Source: Promethearchaeota archaeon
Lineage (GTDB): Archaea; Asgardarchaeota; Lokiarchaeia; Sigyniarchaeales; SOKP01
DNA length: 12,689 nt
Reading direction: 5' to 3'
NCBI GenBank assembly: GCA_048941265.1
Contig: JBHLNT010000118.1
Coordinates: 1-12,689 of the forward strand
Shown piece after piece: positions 8,201 to 12,689 of this stretch. Numbering within the stretch: position 1 is the first letter of the stretch; the number at the start of each line of letters is the position of its first letter. A model generated the notes under the pieces. The model worked only from the letters and a program-made list of their open reading frames with translations, did no database searches and was not told the DNA's origin. Both the position numbers and the translations under genes were made by a program.

Positions 8201-8655
8201 CGAGTTCAGATTTATCAGTTATTTCTCCAGATTTTGCTAGTTCAGCTTCTTCTTCTAACTGAACTTCTAAATTTTCAGATTCATTAGGTTCTAGACCAAA
8301 TTCTTTCATTAAAGTATGTTTTGCCTCATCATCTAGAGGCTTAAATGTTGTCCCATTTTCAGTTTCTTTTTGGAGTATTGAGAGATTTTCTAGGGATAAT
8401 TCTTGGTCTAATGTGAACTTAAGTTTTGAATTTGGTTTTTTGATCTCTCCCCATTGAAAGGATTCAATAGCATCAAGCGCATTGTCTAAAAATTCGGCAA
8501 CATATTGTTTACACGGTTTTAGCTAATCTAAAAAATCCTGTATGCTTCCAGTAACCGAATTCGAATCCTACTAGCTGGGTTCGCTTACGCATAAATTCCG
8601 CTATTGTTCCTTGCTTAATAGTGGATTCGTCATCTCTAGAGGTAATTTTTACCAC
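5205..8655 (-). CDS. top6B: DNA topoisomerase VI subunit B, split gene: join(8655..8540, 8508..5205), predicted 1139 aa after removal of a 31-nt intron
   Basis: GHKL and transducer motifs in the long ORF: DNGTGM, QTRGSQGFG, HGT, ALMNPH, PHP, RFVNRTP, WKNY and FKSQSKNAL. The frame stays open for 66 codons upstream of the track's ATG 8309 and contains the N-box QYVAEFLDNALDAIE. The preceding conserved segment IAEFMRKRTQLVGF is in a different frame that starts at GTG 8655. Confidence 0.92.
8509..8539 (-). other. Putative 31-nt bulge-helix-bulge/loop (tRNA splicing endonuclease-type) mRNA intron in top6B
   Basis: RNA: AGGAUUUUUUAGAUUAGCUAAAACCGUGUAA. The central 4-bp helix is GCAU(8545-8542)/GUGU(8514-8511). 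The 5' bulge AC|A is closed by GG/CC, and the intron hairpin is UUUUAG/CUAAAA. The 3' site AA|A lies in an internal loop, which is closed by the exon-exon stem AAUUCGGUUAC/GUUGCCGAAUU. Excision gives CAT ACA CAA TAT (H-T-Q-Y) in frame. Confidence 0.8.
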
Positions 8656-8713
8656 TCTTTTTCGTAATTTTTTTCATTTTCTAAACATTAATGCTATCTA
8701 TATTATGTGCATT

Positions 8714-8725
8714 TTTATATATAAA
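8714..8725 (-). promoter_or_regulatory. Candidate TATA box for the top6B-top6A cluster
   Basis: Palindromic TTTATATATAAA about 60 nt upstream of GTG 8655. The AT-rich background weakens the call. Confidence 0.4.
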
Positions 8726-8844
8726 TAAGAAGATATTTTCTAAGAACTATAATTGTAACATACTCTCTAATATTTCTAAGTTCAAAATCCTTCTTTTACT
8801 TCAAATCTTAGAAAAACTGATTTATTATTTAAATTTTATCACCG

Positions 8845-8870
8845 AAAAAAAAGATTTAAAAGAAATAAAA
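8845..8870 (-). terminator. Candidate oligo-U terminator of coaBC
   Basis: The minus strand reads TTTTATTTCTTTTAAATCTTTTTTTT, 30-55 nt after the coaBC stop. U-tracts are the usual archaeal intrinsic terminator. Confidence 0.4.
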
Positions 8871-8900
8871 GTTAAATATTGCTTTTTACATATAATTTTA

Positions 8901-10172
8901 TCAGATACCCTTTATTCTGTAATTTTCTAAAGCAATATCTAAAATCCTTGAAGCTACATAACGCTTCGAATGTCTTTCGACATGAGTTATGTGTTTTTCT
9001 TTATCAATAATATATACTTCATTATCTTTGCTCACAAATCCAATATCATCCCTTCCTACATCATTAGCAATAATCAAATCTGCGTCAGAACGCTTAAGAC
9101 GGTCATAGGCTCGATCAATTAATTGACTTCTTGAAACGTTTGTTTCTGCTTTAAAGGCTACAATAAATACCTTATGATTCTTTTTCCTAGCCTCATCGAT
9201 AATCTTCGGAGTGAGTCTCATATTGACTTGTAATGTTTTAACATTGTCAGATGATATTTTTCCCTCAATACATTCTGTCGGGGCATAATCACTTATCGCT
9301 GCAGCACATATGAAAAAATCATAATCTTTGTAGCCTAACTCATCTTTGATAGTTTTTATAAAATCATCTGTTGAGGTAACATTAATTGTATTTATATAAT
9401 CTGGGATCTTCACTAAGCAATTACCAGCTACTAGGACAACTTCTGCTCCTCTTGCTAATGCTTCCTTGGCAATTTCTATACCCATCCTTCCAGAAGAATT
9501 ATTTGAGACAAACCTAATTTCATCAATATATTCTCTTGTAGGTCCTGCAGTGATTAATACGCGTTTTCCTTCTAAATCTTTTTTCGAGATTATTAAATCA
9601 ATTACACGATCTATAATATCATCGATTTTGGCGATTTTAGCTTTTCCCTCTGAAATTCTAGGCCCTAAAATATCAACACCATATTTTTTTAGTTTCTTAA
9701 TGTTTTCATGAAATATTTGATGCTTCATCATACTTTCATGAGCAGCGGGTACTATTACAATTGGAATAGAAGAACCAAAGGCAGTTGAAACTACAGTAGT
9801 AACTGGAGTATCATCGACACCATTAGCTATTTTTGAGACCGTATTTGCGGTTGATGGACATACTAAAATTAAGTCTGCTTTTCCTAATTCTTTAGGACGC
9901 TCTCCCGCTAAATAAACATGTTCTACCGCACCTGTTAAATTAGTGATAACTGGATTTCCTGTAGCCCAGTGCATTAAGGCAGGAGTTATTAATTCAGTTG
10001 CAGCTTTACTCATTACCGCAATAACTTCAGCTCCAAGGCGCATTAATTCACGAGCCACAATTGGAGCAGATATAACCGCAACAGAACCAGTTAAACACAT
10101 ACATATTGTCTTTCCTCTAAGAATTCTTCCTTTACTCTCAATAATATCTTTGGATGGATGCTTATATGACAT
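8901..10172 (-). CDS. coaBC: Bifunctional phosphopantothenoylcysteine decarboxylase / phosphopantothenate-cysteine ligase
   Basis: N-terminal flavoprotein domain (LTGSVA, PSTANTVSKIANG, VPAAHESM). C-terminal CoaB domain (VLITAGPTREYIDEIRFVSNNSSGRMG, AAAISDY, FKAET, IIANDV). Confidence 0.96.
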   Translation of the reverse strand: MSYKHPSKDIIESKGRILRGKTICMCLTGSVAVISAPIVARELMRLGAEVIAVMSKAATELITPALMHWATGNPVITNLTGAVEHVYLAGERPKELGKADLILVCPSTANTVSKIANGVDDTPVTTVVSTAFGSSIPIVIVPAAHESMMKHQIFHENIKKLKKYGVDILGPRISEGKAKIAKIDDIIDRVIDLIISKKDLEGKRVLITAGPTREYIDEIRFVSNNSSGRMGIEIAKEALARGAEVVLVAGNCLVKIPDYINTINVTSTDDFIKTIKDELGYKDYDFFICAAAISDYAPTECIEGKISSDNVKTLQVNMRLTPKIIDEARKKNHKVFIVAFKAETNVSRSQLIDRAYDRLKRSDADLIIANDVGRDDIGFVSKDNEVYIIDKEKHITHVERHSKRYVASRILDIALENYRIKGI

Positions 10173-10323
10173 AATTATCTGCTATTTTTTGATTATCATT
10201 TATTTGATATTCTATGTAAAAGTTAATTCTAACGTTTTAAAAATTTTTGCTAAGATTAAGTTAAAAGATTTAAAAAAAAGGCTGAATACATACTATTTTT
10301 AGGCTAAATATATTCATATCTTT

Positions 10324-10339
10324 GAAAAACCTTTAATAA
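10324..10339 (+). promoter_or_regulatory. Candidate BRE-TATA promoter of the lysX/argX cluster
   Basis: GAAAAACC TTTAATAA: a purine-rich BRE-like element directly followed by a TATA-like box, ending about 46 nt before the start codon. Confidence 0.4.
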
Positions 10340-10385
10340 TTTATTATTCTTAAATTCATTAGCTTTAAAGATTCAAACCAAACAG

Positions 10386-11270
10386 TTGTTTAATTTGAAA
10401 ATTGGAATAATATTTAACAGAATTACTTGGGAAATTAAGCAATTAATTAGTGAGATGGAAAAAAATCAAGTTAATTACAAATTATTAAATAATCAAAAGA
10501 TTTACTTAAAATTATCTAAGGAAAAAGACTTAGACGATGATTTCGATGTAATTTTAGAGAGATCTCTTTCTTATTTAAGGGGATTATATTCTTGTGCGAT
10601 TTTAGAATCAAAAGGCTATAATGTTATTAATAATTTTGAATGTTTGAATTTAAGTGGAAATAAATTATTAACGAATTTAAAATTAATAGAACAAAATATT
10701 CCGACACCTGACACATGTATTGCTTTTAAAATGGAATCTGCTCTAAAAGCTATCGAGGAAAAGATCAAATATCCAGCAGTTTTGAAACCTATTATTGGTT
10801 CTTGGGGTAGGCTTGTTGCGAAATTAGACAATTATACTAGCGCTTCTAGCAATTTAGAATGTCGAGAGGAAATGGGCAATATTTTCCAAAAAATTTTTTA
10901 TATTCAAAAGTTTATCGCACCAGAAGAGGAGCTTAGTCAAAATAATCCAACTGATTTGAGAGTTTTTGTTATAGGAGAAAAATGTGTCGCAGCGATGGGT
11001 CGATTTCATACAGATAAGGATTTTAGAAGTAATATTGCAATTGGAGGTACAGCTGAACCTATTGAAATTTCAGCTGAGTTAAGAAATTTAAGTCTTAAAG
11101 CTTCAAGGGCAGTAAAAGGAGAAATAACTGGCGTAGATTTAATGAATGACCGAGGAAATTTAAAAGTAATTGAGGTAAACGGAACACCTCAATTTAAAGG
11201 AGTTTCTAGCACCACAAATATCAATGTGGCATCAAAAATTATTGAATATCTTTTAAAAAAATACAAATAA
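10386..11270 (+). CDS. lysX: LysX/ArgX-family ATP-grasp ligase ([LysW]-amino acid ligase); signature residues look glutamate (ArgX)-type
   Basis: Motifs NKLLTNLKL, PAVLKPIIGSWGRLV, YIQKFI, DLRVFVIG, FRSNIAIGG, GVDL and IEVNGTPQFKG; adjacent to lysZ and lysK. The start could be TTG 10386 or TTG 10395 (MKIGII). Confidence 0.85.
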   Translation: MFNLKIGIIFNRITWEIKQLISEMEKNQVNYKLLNNQKIYLKLSKEKDLDDDFDVILERSLSYLRGLYSCAILESKGYNVINNFECLNLSGNKLLTNLKLIEQNIPTPDTCIAFKMESALKAIEEKIKYPAVLKPIIGSWGRLVAKLDNYTSASSNLECREEMGNIFQKIFYIQKFIAPEEELSQNNPTDLRVFVIGEKCVAAMGRFHTDKDFRSNIAIGGTAEPIEISAELRNLSLKASRAVKGEITGVDLMNDRGNLKVIEVNGTPQFKGVSSTTNINVASKIIEYLLKKYK

Positions 11271-11280
11271 AAAGAATTTG

Positions 11281-11316
11281 GCTCGTTGTAATAAAGATGC
11301 TAGTTGTAATAAAGAT
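11281..11316 (+). repeat. 18-nt tandem duplication spanning the lysZ start codon
   Basis: GCTCGTTGTAATAAAGAT followed by GCTAGTTGTAATAAAGAT, 17/18 identical. Confidence 0.85.
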
Positions 11317-12124
11317 AGGAGGCGCGTTAATTGCAAAGAATTTTGAGAATGTAGTTAAAGATATAACCAGTGTTTATACCAAATATAGAGGTAAATATTC
11401 ATTAGTTGTAGTCCATGGAGGAGGACCTCAAATAAATGAAACTTTAAAAAAAATGAATAAAGAGCCAAGGTATTTTCAAACTCCATCTGGGGTTACTACA
11501 AGATATACGGATCAAGATGCAATTGAAGCAGCCATCATGTCTTTAGGAGGAATTAATAATAAAAGATTAGTTGAAGCTCTACAAAAAAGCAATATAAACG
11601 CCTTTGGTTTTTCCGGAATAGATGGTGGCGTGATAGAAGCTGAAAGAAAAGATAAAATATTAATTCTTAAAAATGGAAAGAGAATTATGAAAAGAGGGGA
11701 ATATTCAGGAAAAATTATAAATGTTTCTCCCCTAATTATTAAATTTTTATTAGAAAACAAATATTTACCTGTTATAGCAGCCCTTGCTAAAAGTAAAGAA
11801 GGCGATATTGTAAATGTGGATGGAGATAGGGCAGGTAGTTATGTGGCTCAAGCATTAAATGCTGATGTCTTAATTAGCTTAACTGATGTTCAAGGAATTT
11901 ATAAAAATTTTGATGATAAAAGCTCAATGATAAAAACTATAAATTATACAAGTTTAGAAAATCTCTTAGAAACCTTGGAAGGAGGGATGAGAAAGAAGGC
12001 ATATGCTGCCTTAGAAGCTTTAAAATTAGGTGTTAAGAAAGTCATTATATGCTCAGGACTAATAGAAGAACCGATATTTAGTGCATTAGAAAATAATGAG
12101 GGAACTGTGATAACTAATGATTAA
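11297..12124 (+). CDS. lysZ: [LysW]-aminoadipate/[LysW]-glutamate kinase (ArgB/NAGK family)
   Basis: Motifs VIKIGG, VVHGGG, SGVTTRYTD (LysZ-type), NVDGDRA, LTDVQG and GGMRKK. Confidence 0.9.
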   Translation: MLVVIKIGGALIAKNFENVVKDITSVYTKYRGKYSLVVVHGGGPQINETLKKMNKEPRYFQTPSGVTTRYTDQDAIEAAIMSLGGINNKRLVEALQKSNINAFGFSGIDGGVIEAERKDKILILKNGKRIMKRGEYSGKIINVSPLIIKFLLENKYLPVIAALAKSKEGDIVNVDGDRAGSYVAQALNADVLISLTDVQGIYKNFDDKSSMIKTINYTSLENLLETLEGGMRKKAYAALEALKLGVKKVIICSGLIEEPIFSALENNEGTVITND

Positions 12125-12689
12125 TGATGCTACAGATTTTTTAAAGGAATGTTTAGAAATTTATAGTCCTTCAGGACAAGAAAAGAAATTTTCAGAATTT
12201 CTTGCTACATATTTAAAAAAACATGATTTTACGGTGAATTTTGACAAAGTTGGAAACATTATTGCTGAGAAAGGGTCTGGAAAACCTGTTTTATTATTAG
12301 GGTCACATTTAGATACTATACCTGGAGAGCTTCCCGTATTTGAAAAAGATGGAAAATTATATGGGAGAGGCGCAGTAGATTGTAAGCCCTCATTGGCGTC
12401 AATAGTGTATTCTATTGCAAAGTATGATTTCAGCAAAATTAGTGGGGGAAAAATCATTTTTACTGGCATAGTGCGGGAAGAAGATAGTTTAATTGGTATA
12501 GAACAGATTTTTAAATCGGATATTCACGCTGACTGTGCTATATTTGGGGAACCTACTAAGAATAATCAAATATGTATTGGATATAAGGGAAGGATATGTA
12601 TTGGTTTTAGAGTTTTAACAGAATCAGGTCATGTTGCGAGCTCTTGGCAATATATAAATGCAATTGAAGTCAGTTTAGAAATTTGGAAC
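12117..12689 (+). CDS. lysK: [LysW]-lysine/[LysW]-ornithine hydrolase (M20 peptidase, LysK/ArgE family); 3' end runs off the window
   Basis: Not in the ORF track. ATG 12117 overlaps the lysZ stop by 8 nt. Translation: MINDATDFLKECLEIYSPSGQE...DKVGN...SHLDTIPG...LYGRGAVDCK...VREE...FGEP...GYKGR...GHVA, which carries the M20 metal ligands. Confidence 0.88.
   Translation, partial: MINDATDFLKECLEIYSPSGQEKKFSEFLATYLKKHDFTVNFDKVGNIIAEKGSGKPVLLLGSHLDTIPGELPVFEKDGKLYGRGAVDCKPSLASIVYSIAKYDFSKISGGKIIFTGIVREEDSLIGIEQIFKSDIHADCAIFGEPTKNNQICIGYKGRICIGFRVLTESGHVASSWQYINAIEVSLEIWN

Noticed and set aside
5205-8309. ORF-track model of Top6B starting at ATG 8309 (1034 aa)
   Set aside because: It lacks the essential GHKL N-box (E-x-x-x-N-x-x-D-A), which is encoded in frame further upstream at about 8507-8463.
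6475-8460. Top6B insertions as inteins
   Set aside because: I see no Cys/Ser-initiated block A, no His-Asn followed by Cys/Ser/Thr at the insert ends, and no LAGLIDADG motif.
8512-8522. Programmed +1 frameshift (GCT AAA A) as the way to join the two top6B frames
   Set aside because: It is formally possible because both frames are open here. However, it would add 10 residues to a segment whose spacing matches homologues only after 31-nt excision, and it does not explain the splice-motif geometry. Disfavoured, not excluded.
5205-8655. top6B as a pseudogene
   Set aside because: There is only one lesion in 3.4 kb, all recognisable catalytic motifs are intact, top6A is intact, and the lesion is precisely removable.
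8674-8688. TGA 8676-8674 as selenocysteine or readthrough extending Top6B to ATG 8688
   Set aside because: The extension has no recognisable conserved or redox context, and I could not identify a SECIS element.
9630-9670. CoaC domain lacks the bacterial ACGxxGxG catalytic-Cys clamp (has ISEGKAKIA)
   Set aside because: An EGKAK-type clamp is the usual form in many archaeal CoaBC proteins, so this is not novel.
8849-10275. Identical 13-mer AAAAGATTTAAAA at 8849-8861 and 10263-10275 flanking coaBC
   Set aside because: It is low complexity and explained by U-tract terminator or BRE/TATA-like composition. Nothing indicates a mobile element.
18-12469. Short ORFs in the track (18..278, 588..836, 5284..5598, 5692..5949, 6622..6915, 7910..8134, 8691..8930, 9466..9711, 9943..10302, 10616..10831, 11512..11760, 12161..12469)
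   Set aside because: They are antisense shadows of well-supported genes, or AT-rich intergenic read-through in the case of 8691..8930, and show no recognisable motifs.

Overview
AT-rich archaeal chromosomal window. Gene content and style suggest an Asgard/Lokiarchaeia-like organism, which is an inference. Left to right it holds: a multi-pass membrane protein with C-terminal HEAT repeats (minus strand, cut by the left edge and missing from the ORF track); a divergent GINS23-like gene; pyrE; a tightly packed minus-strand cluster top6B-top6A-(HEAT/SHOCT hypothetical); coaBC; and a divergent LysW-type cluster lysX/argX-lysZ-lysK, cut by the right edge. The main observation is that the 1034-aa top6B ORF in the track lacks its N-terminus. 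The missing part lies upstream in another frame, starting at GTG 8655. It is separated from the rest by a 31-nt insert (8509-8539) that folds into an archaeal bulge-helix-bulge/loop splice motif. Cutting at the canonical positions in both bulges restores the frame and the conserved Top6B N-box spacing, giving a 1139-aa protein. This looks like a tRNA-endonuclease-type intron in a topoisomerase VI mRNA. The Top6B itself is about twice normal size, with three insertions and C-terminal HeH/SAP-like and winged-helix-like domains.
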